NCBI GenBank assembly: GCA_963664115.2
Contig: CAXWPJ010000010.1
Span: forward strand, 64,001-128,000
Direction: 5' to 3'
Source of the DNA: Terriglobia bacterium
GTDB taxonomy: Bacteria > Acidobacteriota > Terriglobia > 20CM-2-55-15
DNA length: 64,000 nt
Within the stretch, counting starts at the first letter, position 1; every line of letters begins with the position of its first letter. Positions 1 to 10,360 of the stretch are shown one piece after another. The notes beneath the pieces were generated by a model that saw nothing but the letters and a program-made list of their open reading frames with translations, had not been told where the DNA came from and searched no databases. The position numbers and the translations under genes are program-made.

Positions 1-716
1 ACCCCACGGGGCCGGATCTTCTCAAACGACGCCCGGAACCCCACCCGTGGCGCCGGCAGCGTCACTTCCGTCAATATCTCGTTGTACCGCACCACATGCG
101 ACTGGATCCGGCCGTCCACCATCATGTCTCCCGGTACCAACTGTTCCACACTCAACTCCTTCGTCCCCAACGGTCCCACCAGCTTCACCGTCGCATCAAA
201 CGGGATCAGGGCCGGCGCCGCATCCCCCGGATACACCGCGTAGCACAACCGTCCCCCCATCGCCGAGTGGTAATAGCTGTTGTCTCCGATCGCTCCATGG
301 CAGATGTAGCCCCCGTTGCGATAGCACGCATACCCCCCTCTCAGGTACTGGCACCACACCTCCTGCAACAGGTCCCCGCCCAACGTCGACGCGTTCCTCA
401 ACTCGGGCGAGGAAATCATATTCATCGCTTCTATCAGCATCGGGTACTTCCGCCCCACCAACGCCGAATCCGCAATCTCCGACAGCTTGGTCAGCGCCCC
501 GATATCCACGCCCCCCGTCGCATTCTCCCGGATGTAGCTCAGGTTTGGAATTCCCTTCACATCCACCAGATAACTCGGCGCCTGATCCAAGCGGTTCTTC
601 AAGCGGATCAGCAGGTCCGTCCCCCCCGCATACACCCCCGCTTCCGTTCCATGCAGCGTCAATATCTGGATCGCTTCATCCATGCTCGTCGGCCGATATA
701 TCGATACTTTCTTCAT
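1..716 (-). CDS. Molybdenum hydroxylase FAD-binding subunit (PaoB/YagS-like, with 4Fe-4S insert), copy A; 3' end runs off the window
   Basis: Near-identical to 7096..7811. ATG at 716 overlaps the stop of the upstream Mo subunit (ATGA). AGGTDL FAD motif and Cys-rich insert are present. Confidence 0.9.
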   Translation of the reverse strand, partial: MKKVSIYRPTSMDEAIQILTLHGTEAGVYAGGTDLLIRLKNRLDQAPSYLVDVKGIPNLSYIRENATGGVDIGALTKLSEIADSALVGRKYPMLIEAMNMISSPELRNASTLGGDLLQEVWCQYLRGGYACYRNGGYICHGAIGDNSYYHSAMGGRLCYAVYPGDAAPALIPFDATVKLVGPLGTKELSVEQLVPGDMMVDGRIQSHVVRYNEILTEVTLPAPRVGFRASFEKIRPRG

Positions 717-3229
717 GCCCCCGCCTCCCTCTCTTTCAATCCCGCCATGATCTTGTCCCGCGTGATCGGATGCTCCCGGATTCGAACCCCGCACGCGTTG
801 TAAATCGCGTTCGACAATGCGCCGGGCACGGACCCGATCGATGTCTCACTGAAGCTCTTGGTCCCAAAGAACCAGCGAGGCTCCAAACTGTCCACGAACA
901 GGTTCGTCTGGTCGTCGGGAGCATCCATGATCGTCGGCAGCCGATAGGACAGATAGCCGACGCTGTAGTGACGCGTACCCGGAAATTCTCTATCCCACGG
1001 AAGCGGATCCGTCGCGATCTGAACGCTCTGCATCAGGGACCCGTGCATATCGGCTGCGCCCACCAGGGGGTTGACGATCAACCCGGTATCGTGACCATAG
1101 ACCGACCTCAGAAAGCGCCAGTCGCCTGTAAAGGTGTCCACTTCCACTTCGACAAAGCAGGCTCCAACGCCCTTGTTGTTCACCCTTCCTTCACGGCTGC
1201 CGCCTCCCCGACCCGTTTGACTCACGACGCCTCCATTAGCCAGGGCCAGTGCGGCGAAGGTCGTTCGCTTTTGGGGGTCTTCTGTCGATGAAATGACGCC
1301 GTCGCGGATCTGGAGCGTAGACGCATCCACGTTCAGCGAATTCGCCGCGCGGTTGAGAAGGGAGTTCTTCAGCTTGTCCGCGGCGATACAAATCGGCCCT
1401 GCCTGCTGGGTGATGGTTCGGCCGGCAAACCAGCGCCCGCTTTCCGGTGCCGTCTCCGTGTCTCCCCATACGACCCGGATATAATCCCGAGTTGTGAATC
1501 CGAGGATTTCGGCGACCATGTGAGCTGGCGCGGTGGCATGGTTCGTGCCGCTGTCAGGAAGAGCGAAGCGCATGGTCACGTAACCGTCGGCATCCACTTC
1601 CACCTGAGCGCCGTAGGATCCGCCGAAGCCGCCGAACTCGGCGCCCGTCACCCTCTCGAAGTAGAGCTCTTCTTCGGTGTAACCGCACTGGCCCCCATGG
1701 TGCTGAGACATCGCCATACCCAACCCCCTTTTGAACCTCCCGGGGTTACCACCCGGCACCGGATTCCTCTGATCCCAGCCAAAGGCCTTCGCGCTCTCTT
1801 CGAGCACTTCGATGCCGGCGTGCGAGTCATACGTATATTGATCTTCCCCGGGCCCTCCAATGCTTACCAGGCCGGGATCGCCGGGCTTTGCGACGTTGAT
1901 CAGGCGGAACTCGACGGGATCCATCCCCAAAGCGACCGCCATTTCGTCGATCATGTTTTCCCAGGCCCATTTGGATTCCTGCTGCTGATAGCTCCGAGAC
2001 GGACCGATTCGGATCGAGTTGGTCTTGTAGCAGTACCACGTGGATTTAATGTGAGCCACCCGAGCGCCGTACAATTCGATCGGAGTCGCGCAGTGGCCTC
2101 CGCCCCATGTGTCGTTTGTGTCTCCGGTGCCCATGTAGACGTTGCTTTCGATCGCTGTGATGCGCCCGTCATTCATGGCGCCCACCTTGAGCACCGCTAT
2201 ATTTTCCGGCTTGACCTGGAGACGCGCCAGTTCCTGATCCTTTGAGAGCATCAACTTGACAGGCCGACCCGCCAATTTCGCCAGATGAGCGATAAATGGA
2301 TTGAGGTAGGATCCTTCCATCGCGGATCCGAACGTACAGCCGTTGTACTTGTTGATGTAATGGATGCGCTCCGGATCGATACCCAGCCCTCGGGCCATCT
2401 CGGCACGGTAGGGGTGAATGCCCTGATTCATGGCCCAGAAAGTGAGCTGGTCGCCGTCCCACTTGGCAACACCGCCGAGGGGCTGCATGGGAACCGAAAC
2501 CCCTCCAGCAAAGTAATACGTGAACTCACGGACGACATCCGCTTCCGCAAATCCCTCTTCGACGTTGCCCTGTTGACCCACCCAGCTCGCATTCGGATCG
2601 TAGAAGAAGTCATCCGGTCGACGTTGATTGAGATTCCCTCTTCCCTGATTGAGATCGGGTGCGTCAGGAGCCATGGCCTGCTCGACGGTCGACGCGGACG
2701 GAAGGACCTCGTAGTCCACTTCGATTGCGGCGAGAGCGTCCGCGGCGAGATCTTCCGTCTCTGCGGCAACGAAGGCTACGATCTCGCCCTGAAAGTTGAG
2801 ATCGCGGGACAAGGGGTGGTTGGCGGGGCCGTTTTCATACGTCAGTATTGCCGAAACACCTGGCATCCGCTCCGCCCTGGAAATGTCGAGGTTCCGAATC
2901 CTCGCACGCGGATGAGGACTGATCAGGACTTTCGCGTACTGCATGTCGGGCAGCCACACGCGGGTGGCATACTGAGCCGTCCCGAGAAACCGTGGTACGG
3001 AGACCTCGGGCATAGGCGGCATCGGCTTTCCAACTACGTTGAGATTCTCAGGCGCGTAGCCCTGCCACTTCTTCGTCACGATATTCGCATCGGCTCCGCG
3101 ACCCTCCATCAGGTCCGGACCGGGCGCGTGGCCGCCACCTGTGGAAAAGTCGCGCACCATGGGCAGCTTGATCTGAATAATGTGATCCAGACTGGCTTCG
3201 ATTTTCGGTATACCGTTTTCCTGACTCAT
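713..3229 (-). CDS. Xanthine dehydrogenase-family molybdopterin-binding subunit, copy A (838 aa)
   Basis: SPHPRARI hammerhead region, GQIVA-like GEIVAFVAAE, DPVEFR, EVEVD-TG-W and NAIYNACGVRIREHPIT C-terminus are typical of the family. Confidence 0.93.
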   Translation of the reverse strand: MSQENGIPKIEASLDHIIQIKLPMVRDFSTGGGHAPGPDLMEGRGADANIVTKKWQGYAPENLNVVGKPMPPMPEVSVPRFLGTAQYATRVWLPDMQYAKVLISPHPRARIRNLDISRAERMPGVSAILTYENGPANHPLSRDLNFQGEIVAFVAAETEDLAADALAAIEVDYEVLPSASTVEQAMAPDAPDLNQGRGNLNQRRPDDFFYDPNASWVGQQGNVEEGFAEADVVREFTYYFAGGVSVPMQPLGGVAKWDGDQLTFWAMNQGIHPYRAEMARGLGIDPERIHYINKYNGCTFGSAMEGSYLNPFIAHLAKLAGRPVKLMLSKDQELARLQVKPENIAVLKVGAMNDGRITAIESNVYMGTGDTNDTWGGGHCATPIELYGARVAHIKSTWYCYKTNSIRIGPSRSYQQQESKWAWENMIDEMAVALGMDPVEFRLINVAKPGDPGLVSIGGPGEDQYTYDSHAGIEVLEESAKAFGWDQRNPVPGGNPGRFKRGLGMAMSQHHGGQCGYTEEELYFERVTGAEFGGFGGSYGAQVEVDADGYVTMRFALPDSGTNHATAPAHMVAEILGFTTRDYIRVVWGDTETAPESGRWFAGRTITQQAGPICIAADKLKNSLLNRAANSLNVDASTLQIRDGVISSTEDPQKRTTFAALALANGGVVSQTGRGGGSREGRVNNKGVGACFVEVEVDTFTGDWRFLRSVYGHDTGLIVNPLVGAADMHGSLMQSVQIATDPLPWDREFPGTRHYSVGYLSYRLPTIMDAPDDQTNLFVDSLEPRWFFGTKSFSETSIGSVPGALSNAIYNACGVRIREHPITRDKIMAGLKEREAGA

Positions 3230-3840
3230 AGTTCTGCCTCCCCGCGCATGACTTTACCCGCATCCACCACCGTCCGTATGATCGCCGGGTAGGCCGCGCA
3301 CCGGCAGATATGCCCCGACAGCGCCATCTTGACTTCGTCCACCGTCGGGTCCGGGTTCTCGTCGAGCAGACCCTTCGCCGTCACTTCCCATCCCGGTGTA
3401 CAGAATCCGCAGTCGGCCGCCACGTACCGGTGCCCCACCGCCTGGATCGGATGCAGATTGTCTGCGTCGCCCAGGCCTTCCACCGTGAATATGTCTTTCT
3501 CCCTCGCCTCCGTCGCCAGGGTGTGGCAGGAATAATAGGGCGTCCCATCGATCAGGACGCTGCAGGCCCCACAACTGGCCCGGTTGCAGCTCCGGTTCGT
3601 CCCCGTCAGCGCCAGCTTCATCGCGATCACTTCCCACAAGGTCGTCCGGGCCTCGTATTCAGCCTGGTAGGTGGCTCCATTGATTATGAACGTCCCGATC
3701 TCCACCGTCATCGGTGCGGCGATACCCGCCGCCTGGGCCGGGGCCGCCGATGCTGTCACCGAGCGGTAACCGCCCACCGTCGTCAGGACGACCGCACCCG
3801 AGCCGGCCGCCTTCAGGAAATGTCTCCGGGAATACCTCAT
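3226..3840 (-). CDS. Tat-exported 2x[2Fe-2S] subunit (PaoA/YagT-like), copy A
   Basis: MRYSRRHFLK Tat signal; CNRASCGAC, DCGFCTPG and ICRC motifs; GGAGG RBS before ATG 3840. Confidence 0.92.
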   Translation of the reverse strand: MRYSRRHFLKAAGSGAVVLTTVGGYRSVTASAAPAQAAGIAAPMTVEIGTFIINGATYQAEYEARTTLWEVIAMKLALTGTNRSCNRASCGACSVLIDGTPYYSCHTLATEAREKDIFTVEGLGDADNLHPIQAVGHRYVAADCGFCTPGWEVTAKGLLDENPDPTVDEVKMALSGHICRCAAYPAIIRTVVDAGKVMRGEAEL

Positions 3841-4253
3841 CTTCAAACCTCCATCGGTTCGCGAAATACTCAGAAAACGAAGGATTTTTTGGTAAGTGTG
3901 AACTCTGGCCATACTCCCAAAATCCCGCTCTCGTGTCTACTAGTTTCACCCCCTTCAGGCCGAAATGTCGCAATGGAACTTCCTGGAAGATGGCCCCGCA
4001 GGAGCGGGCCGAATCCAGAACTCTGATTGACCTAAACCTTTCCCTTTTGTAGACTTCTGCCCATCTCAAGCCGCGACACCAACCATAAGATGCCGTGTTG
4101 GCAATGCTTCGAGTGGGCAGCGTACAAGAGACGATCATTCATCGGAAGTTAGTGTTGATTCCCTTCAAACCGAATTTTGGGCGATGTCGACCCCAGCCCC
4201 TCTGCACAGGAGCGTCCGGATGGACTCCGTACGGTCGGCGATTGAAAGCCCAT

Positions 4254-6701
4254 ATGATCTGGTGTTCGGTTCTGCTGGCGGTTTTGTTGACAACCCCGAC
4301 TCACGGCCAGTTCACCGTTACGAACCCGCTGTATGAGGTCCGAGACCAGGTGGCCCAGGTACTGGCGGATGCGGAGCTTCCCTTTACCCCAGACCAGGAG
4401 AGGCAGCTGGCGCTGCTGTTGGAGGACCAACGCCAGGCATCAGAGGACCTGTTTGACGTCATCATGGATTTCAGTGCGGGACCACCGCAGGGTGAGGATC
4501 TGGACCGTGCACTCGCCGGCATCCAGTGGATGCATGACGAATTCAGAATGCGCCTCCCCGAGTTCTTGACGGCGGAACAAAGGGCCGTGTGGGAAGAGTT
4601 CGAATCCGATGGAAGCGTCATCGGAGCCGAGATCGAAGGGGCCGGAGTCGGCGGCGCTCAGACGGAACGGATTCAGCAAATTCGAATCGTCAACAATCCG
4701 TTCAACTCGGAAACAGCGAGAAGCGGTAGCCGGGGACCCAGTGGTGGAGGAGAGCGCACCGAAGTCATCCAGCGCGGCGGAACAGGAGCGTACCACGGCA
4801 ATTTCATGGCGATGTTCCAGGATGAAGCGCTCAACGCTCGAAACCCTTTCGCCGCCAACAAGCCTCCCTACTACGAACGGACGATCAATGGCAACTTCAG
4901 TGGGCCCTTGCTCCAGAATCGGCTGACGATTGATCTGACGTATAACGACAACCGGCAGGAAAACGTCGGAACCGTAAAAGCCGAAACCCCGGATGGGCCG
5001 TTTTCGCTCGGGATCACGCGGCCCAACGTCAATCGATTCTTCGAGGGTCGCGGCATCCTGCAGCTCTGGGAATCGCATTCGCTGCACTTCGGCTTCACAT
5101 ATGGAATGGACACCCAGGAAAATCAGGGCATCGGCGACTTCACCCTGCCCGAACGAGGCTCGAATTCAGAGGGTCGCAACTATGACTTCGATGTGCGTCA
5201 GATCTCGGAACTTTCCCCACGAACGGTTCACGAAACCCGCTTCTCATGGCGAAAGGTAAGGGACGAGACCCTTCCGATTACGGACGGGGTTGCATTCAAC
5301 GTTCTGGACGCATTCAACGGAGGTGGCGCGCAAAGCCGGGTGGAGAGCGACGTGCGGAGCTACGAATTCGGCAACCTTCTATACCATGTCGGCGACCGAC
5401 TGACCTTGAGAGCCGGGTTCACCGGTTCCTACGGCCGCGAGCACCTGATCCGCGAGAACAACTTCGTCGGCGAATTCACCTTCTCAGACCTGGACAGCTA
5501 CCGGGAGGGAAGGCCTCTCCAATTCCGGGTGACCCGAGGCGACCCCGAGCTCGACTGGAGCCAGTTTCGGGCCGGCCTGTTTGTCCAGAACGACCTGCGC
5601 CTGACGAATCGATTCACGCTATTTCTTGGCCTGCGCTACGAAAGCCAAAGCGGCATGGAGGACAATCACAATCTGGATCCGCGCCTGGGTTTCGCCTATG
5701 CCGTTGGGAGTGCGACGGTCATCCGGGGAGGCATGGGCATGTTTCATACGCGTCTGGGATACCCCGACGTCCGCACTCTGCTCCGACTCGACGGCACCCG
5801 ACAGTTCGACGTCCAGATCGATAATCCGGGTTTTCCGGATCCATTCGTTTCCGGCGACGTAAGGATCAATCCACCGTCTTCACGACGCATCGCTTCGGCC
5901 GAACTCGGCACCCCGTACTACATCTCCACGGCCGTTTCGCTGGAACAGAGTCTCCCCGCCAACCTCTTCATCACCGTAGGCTTTAACCACAATCGAGGAA
6001 TCCGCTTGCTGCGAAGCCGGAACCTGAATGCTCCCTTACCCGACACGGGGGAAAGGCCCTTTCCGGACCAGGGACAGATATTCGAGCTGGGATCGGAAGG
6101 GTACGGAGTTCACAAGAACTTCACCGTCGATCTGAGGCAGCGTTTCAGCATCTTCACCGTTACGGCGAGCTACAGGCACGGTTCCAGTCACAACGACGAT
6201 TCCATAGGCGGCAATGCGGGGACGGAAGGTATCGGCTTCAGAATACCCGCGAACAGCTATGATCGCCTGGCGGACTGGGGGCCTTCGGGATTCCTGCTGA
6301 GTCGTCAATTCAGTGCGGGCATCAATTCCAGATTACCCTTCGATGTGTATGTGAATACGGCGATCGCAGCCAACAGCGGCCGCTTCTACACGATCACAAC
6401 CGGAAGAGACGACAACAACGATGGTGTTTTCAATGACCGTCCACCCGGAGTCACCAAGCACAGCGAGAACGGACCCCACTTTTTTAATGTCAGCTTCAAC
6501 GTCTCCAAAGCGTTCGAACTGGGCGCGACCCGACGCGGCGCCTCCGGTCCCCAGGTCAATGTTTTTGCAAACTTCAACAACGCGTTCAATATGACGCACC
6601 TCGGCACGCCAAGTGGCGTTCTCACCTCACCTTTCTTCGGACGATCCTTCAGCGCGCAACAGCCCCGCGAAATCGAAGCCGGGCTGCGGTTTCAGTTCTA
6701 A
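4254..6701 (+). CDS. Oar-like / TonB-dependent-receptor-like outer-membrane beta-barrel protein
   Basis: Signal peptide from ATG 4254 (ORF is open from 4095); ALNARNPFA, PRLGFAY and C-terminal QPREIEAGLRFQF motifs. Confidence 0.82.
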   Translation: MIWCSVLLAVLLTTPTHGQFTVTNPLYEVRDQVAQVLADAELPFTPDQERQLALLLEDQRQASEDLFDVIMDFSAGPPQGEDLDRALAGIQWMHDEFRMRLPEFLTAEQRAVWEEFESDGSVIGAEIEGAGVGGAQTERIQQIRIVNNPFNSETARSGSRGPSGGGERTEVIQRGGTGAYHGNFMAMFQDEALNARNPFAANKPPYYERTINGNFSGPLLQNRLTIDLTYNDNRQENVGTVKAETPDGPFSLGITRPNVNRFFEGRGILQLWESHSLHFGFTYGMDTQENQGIGDFTLPERGSNSEGRNYDFDVRQISELSPRTVHETRFSWRKVRDETLPITDGVAFNVLDAFNGGGAQSRVESDVRSYEFGNLLYHVGDRLTLRAGFTGSYGREHLIRENNFVGEFTFSDLDSYREGRPLQFRVTRGDPELDWSQFRAGLFVQNDLRLTNRFTLFLGLRYESQSGMEDNHNLDPRLGFAYAVGSATVIRGGMGMFHTRLGYPDVRTLLRLDGTRQFDVQIDNPGFPDPFVSGDVRINPPSSRRIASAELGTPYYISTAVSLEQSLPANLFITVGFNHNRGIRLLRSRNLNAPLPDTGERPFPDQGQIFELGSEGYGVHKNFTVDLRQRFSIFTVTASYRHGSSHNDDSIGGNAGTEGIGFRIPANSYDRLADWGPSGFLLSRQFSAGINSRLPFDVYVNTAIAANSGRFYTITTGRDDNNDGVFNDRPPGVTKHSENGPHFFNVSFNVSKAFELGATRRGASGPQVNVFANFNNAFNMTHLGTPSGVLTSPFFGRSFSAQQPREIEAGLRFQF

Positions 6702-6818
6702 ACAAGCCACTACCGGGGTTTCGCCATCGGCTGGTGGGAAGAATTCAGGCCAAAAACAAAAGCGAGGCAAGCGGCCCGTTTTGGGAGTTGCCTCGCTTCA
6801 GGTAGACCTCGCGACCGT

Positions 6819-7811
6819 CTATGCCGTCGCCAGCTTTTCCAGGCCGGATCGCAACAGGCCCTTCGCCATGTCGATCTTCATCGCGTTGTACTTGAGCGGG
6901 GCCGCCTCCGTCAGTGCCGTCGACTGTGCTTCCAGGGCCAACTCCGGGCTCAAGGCTTTCCCTCTCAGAAAGTCCTCCACCGCACGTTCTCTCCATGGCC
7001 TTCCGGCGATCCCGCCGAAGACCACACGCGAGTCCGTGATCGTCCGCCCGCTCATCTCCAGTCCCATCGCCAGCGACGCCATCGCGAAGTCCCACACCCC
7101 CCGGGGCCGGATCTTCTCAAACGACGCCCGGAACCCCACCCGTGGCGCCGGCAGCGTCACTTCCGTCAATATCTCGTTGTACCGCACCACATGCGACTGG
7201 ATCTTCCCATCCACCATCATGTCCCCCGGTACCAACTGTTCCACACTCAACTCCTTCGTCCCGAGCGGCCCCACCAGCTTCACCGTCGCATCAAACGGGA
7301 TCAGGGCCGGCGCCGCATCCCCCGGGTACACCGCGTAGCACAACCGTCCCCCCATCGCCGAGTGGTAATAGCTGTTGTCTCCGATCGCTCCATGGCAGAT
7401 GTAGCCCCCGTTGCGATAGCACGCATACCCCCCTCTCAGGTACTGGCACCACACCTCCTGCAACAGGTCCCCGCCCAACGTCGACGCGTTCCTCAACTCG
7501 GGCGAGGAAATCATATTCATCGCTTCTATCAGCATCGGGTACTTCCGCCCCACCAACGCCGAATCCGCGATCTCCGACAGCTTCGTCAGCGCCCCGATAT
7601 CCACGCCCCCCGTCGCATTCTCCCGGATGTAGCTCAGGTTTGGAATTCCCTTCACATCTACCAGATAACTCGGCGCCTGATCCAAGCGGTTCTTCAAGCG
7701 GATCAGCAGGTCCGTCCCCCCCGCATACACCCCCGCTTGGGTTCCATGCAGCGTCAATATCTGGATCGCTTCATCCATGCTCGTCGGCCGATATATCGAT
7801 ACTTTCTTCAT
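6819..7811 (-). CDS. Molybdenum hydroxylase FAD-binding subunit with 4Fe-4S insert, copy B (330 aa)
   Basis: AGGTDLL; RNASTLGGDL; four Cys in WCQY..ACYR..ICHG..LCYA as in PaoB/HcrB; WDFA motif. Confidence 0.93.
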   Translation of the reverse strand: MKKVSIYRPTSMDEAIQILTLHGTQAGVYAGGTDLLIRLKNRLDQAPSYLVDVKGIPNLSYIRENATGGVDIGALTKLSEIADSALVGRKYPMLIEAMNMISSPELRNASTLGGDLLQEVWCQYLRGGYACYRNGGYICHGAIGDNSYYHSAMGGRLCYAVYPGDAAPALIPFDATVKLVGPLGTKELSVEQLVPGDMMVDGKIQSHVVRYNEILTEVTLPAPRVGFRASFEKIRPRGVWDFAMASLAMGLEMSGRTITDSRVVFGGIAGRPWRERAVEDFLRGKALSPELALEAQSTALTEAAPLKYNAMKIDMAKGLLRSGLEKLATA

Positions 7812-10360
7812 GCCCCCGCCTCCCTCTCTTTCAATCCCGCCATGATCTTGTCCCGCGTGATCGGATGCTCCCGGATTCGAACCCCGCACGCGTTGTAGAT
7901 GGCATTCGCAATGGCACCGGGCACAGAGCCGATACTGGTTTCGCTGAAGCTCTTGATCCCATAAAACCAACGGGGCTCCAGGCTATCCACAAAAACCTGG
8001 GTCTGACGTTCCGGCACATCCATGATCGTTGGTAGCCGGAACGAGAGATAGCCGACGCTGTAGTGACGCGTACCCGGAAACTCCCGATCCCAAGGAATAG
8101 AATCCGTCGTCATCTGGGTGCTCTGGATCAGAGATCCCAGCATGTCAGCTTCTGCGACCATCGGATTGACGACCTTGCCGGTGTCATGGCAGTAGGCCGA
8201 ATTGACCATCCGCCAATCGCCGGTCCAGGTGTCGACTTCCACCTCCAGAAAACACGCGCCGACACCTTTCGCGAGCGCACGCCCCTGATCCTTGTGGACA
8301 CCCCTGCCCGTATGGATTATGGAACCTCCGTTAGCCAGCGCCAGCTCCGCAAACGTGGTGGTTTTTTCCGGGTCCGCTGTTGAAGAAATAACGCCATCTC
8401 GAAATTCGAGCGTTGCCGGGTCCACCCCGAGTGCGCTTGCCGCACGTTCGAGAAGATCGGCACGGAGTTTATTCACCGCACTACAGATGGCCGCCCCTTG
8501 CAAGGTGATCGTCTTACCCGCGAGCCACTGCTGGCTCAGAGGGGTCAGGTCCGAATCCCCCCAGACGACCCGGATCTGGTCCCGGGTGGTGAACCCCAGC
8601 ATTTCCGCAACAACATGAGCGAGTGCGGTGTCGTGGTTGGTGCCGCTGTCGGGAAGCGCGTTTTTCATGATGACTTCGCCGTCGGTGTTCAGTTCCAGGT
8701 CCGCCGTAAAGATCCCGAACTGGGGGCCACCTCTGTCGCCGTCTATCAACCGCTGGAAAGCGAGTTCGCCTTCGTGATAGCCCATGTGTCCGGGATGATG
8801 CTGGGACATGGCAACGCCAAATCCTCTCTTGTACCGACCGGGGTTGCCACCGGGAACCGGATTCCGCTGCTCCCATCCAATGGCCTTCGCGCCCTCATCG
8901 ATAACTTCCACAGAAGCGAACGAATCGTAAGTTACTGCTCCGTTCTCCGACTCGTATCGTGATCCAAAGTCGGAGTGCCAGGCCATGGTGAGACTTTGCC
9001 CTGGCTTTGAAACGTGCAGCCGACGGAACGGCACGGGGTCCATTCCCGCAACTTCGGCCATTTCATCAATCATGCTTTCCCAGGCCCACTTGACCTCCTG
9101 TTGGGTGCAACTCCGGGAACAACCCGATCGGATCACGTTGGTCTTGTACGCGTAGCTGAGGGTCTTCCAATGCGGCACATCCGCGGTGTAGAGTTCCATG
9201 TTGTTCTTGGAAATCTCCGCGGTGGCCGCGATCCCGGCGCCGTCCATATCCCCACTGCTCATGTGCATTTCGTACAATATGGTGCTGATTCGCCCGTCTT
9301 TAAGACCCACCCGGAACCGCGTCATGTTTTCCGGTTTGATGTTGAGGTGCGCCAGTTCCTGGTCCTTCGGAAGCATCAGTTTGACGGGGCGGTCTGTGAC
9401 CTTTGCCATGTGGGCCAGGAAGCTGTTGAACTTGCTTGTCGACATCGCGGACCCGAACGTGCAGCCGTTCCACTTGTTGATGTAATGAATATCTTCCGCG
9501 TCGATACCGAGGCCCCGCGCTATGTCGGCACGGTAGGGGTAGATGCCCTGATTCATACCCCAGAACGTCAACTTGTCGCCCTCCCAACGGGCCACCCCGC
9601 CACAGGGTTGCATCGGAACGGGTATCGCCCCTCCGAAGTAATAGCTGAATTCCCGGATCTCGTCGGCTTCTGCAAACCCCTGTTCGATATTGCCGCGCTC
9701 GGAGACGAACGTGGCATCCGGGTCGTAATGAGGGCTGTTCGGGTTCATCAGCAGGAGGTTGCCGCGTCCCTGCCGGAGATCCGGTGCATCAGGCGCCATC
9801 ACCTGCTCCAGATTTCCCGCGCCGGGTAGGATCTCATAGTCCACCTTGATCGCTGCGGCTGCGTCCTCGGCCAGATCTTCAGTTTCGGCGGCCACAATAG
9901 CCACGATGTCCCCAACATAGTCGAGTTCGTCTCCATTGAGCTCCAGGCGCGCGGGATTCCCGTTCGGAGCGTTCAGATGGGTGAGGATATAGGCCACCCC
10001 CGGCATCCGTTCCGCTTCTGCAGTATCCATACTCCTGATCCGGGCGTGCGGATGAGGAGACGCAAGGACCTTCGCGTAGAGCATGCCGGGCATCCACACT
10101 CGGGTGGCATACTGGGCCGTTCCCAAGTACCGTGGTATCGCGACTTCCGCCATCGGCGGCATCGATTTCCCGACCACATTGAGGTTCTCCGGCGGATAGC
10201 CCTGCCATTTCTGCGTAACGATTTGTTCGTCGCCTTCAATGAGGGTGTCTTCTGGACCGTGACCTCCACCTGTGGAGTAATCGCGCACCATGGGTTGTTC
10301 GATCATGATTACGTCATGCGGCCCTGTTTCGATCTTCGGTATACCGTTTTCCTGACTCAT
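7808..10360 (-). CDS. Xanthine dehydrogenase-family molybdopterin-binding subunit, copy B (850 aa)
   Basis: Same family motifs as copy A; ATGA overlaps on both sides. Confidence 0.93.
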   Translation of the reverse strand: MSQENGIPKIETGPHDVIMIEQPMVRDYSTGGGHGPEDTLIEGDEQIVTQKWQGYPPENLNVVGKSMPPMAEVAIPRYLGTAQYATRVWMPGMLYAKVLASPHPHARIRSMDTAEAERMPGVAYILTHLNAPNGNPARLELNGDELDYVGDIVAIVAAETEDLAEDAAAAIKVDYEILPGAGNLEQVMAPDAPDLRQGRGNLLLMNPNSPHYDPDATFVSERGNIEQGFAEADEIREFSYYFGGAIPVPMQPCGGVARWEGDKLTFWGMNQGIYPYRADIARGLGIDAEDIHYINKWNGCTFGSAMSTSKFNSFLAHMAKVTDRPVKLMLPKDQELAHLNIKPENMTRFRVGLKDGRISTILYEMHMSSGDMDGAGIAATAEISKNNMELYTADVPHWKTLSYAYKTNVIRSGCSRSCTQQEVKWAWESMIDEMAEVAGMDPVPFRRLHVSKPGQSLTMAWHSDFGSRYESENGAVTYDSFASVEVIDEGAKAIGWEQRNPVPGGNPGRYKRGFGVAMSQHHPGHMGYHEGELAFQRLIDGDRGGPQFGIFTADLELNTDGEVIMKNALPDSGTNHDTALAHVVAEMLGFTTRDQIRVVWGDSDLTPLSQQWLAGKTITLQGAAICSAVNKLRADLLERAASALGVDPATLEFRDGVISSTADPEKTTTFAELALANGGSIIHTGRGVHKDQGRALAKGVGACFLEVEVDTWTGDWRMVNSAYCHDTGKVVNPMVAEADMLGSLIQSTQMTTDSIPWDREFPGTRHYSVGYLSFRLPTIMDVPERQTQVFVDSLEPRWFYGIKSFSETSIGSVPGAIANAIYNACGVRIREHPITRDKIMAGLKEREAGA

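Larger units (their letters stand above)
1..3855. repeat. Copy A of a tandem segmental duplication (partner about 7096..10995)
   Basis: 1..~800 matches ~7096..7895 (offset 7095) and ~3203..3720 matches ~10334..10851 (offset 7131) almost base for base. The Mo core between these blocks is diverged. Confidence 0.95.

Noticed and set aside
47-1291. 414-aa Pro/Ser-rich plus-strand ORF (and 7142..8035)
   Set aside because: Antisense shadow of the FAD/Mo genes; composition reflects GC bias.
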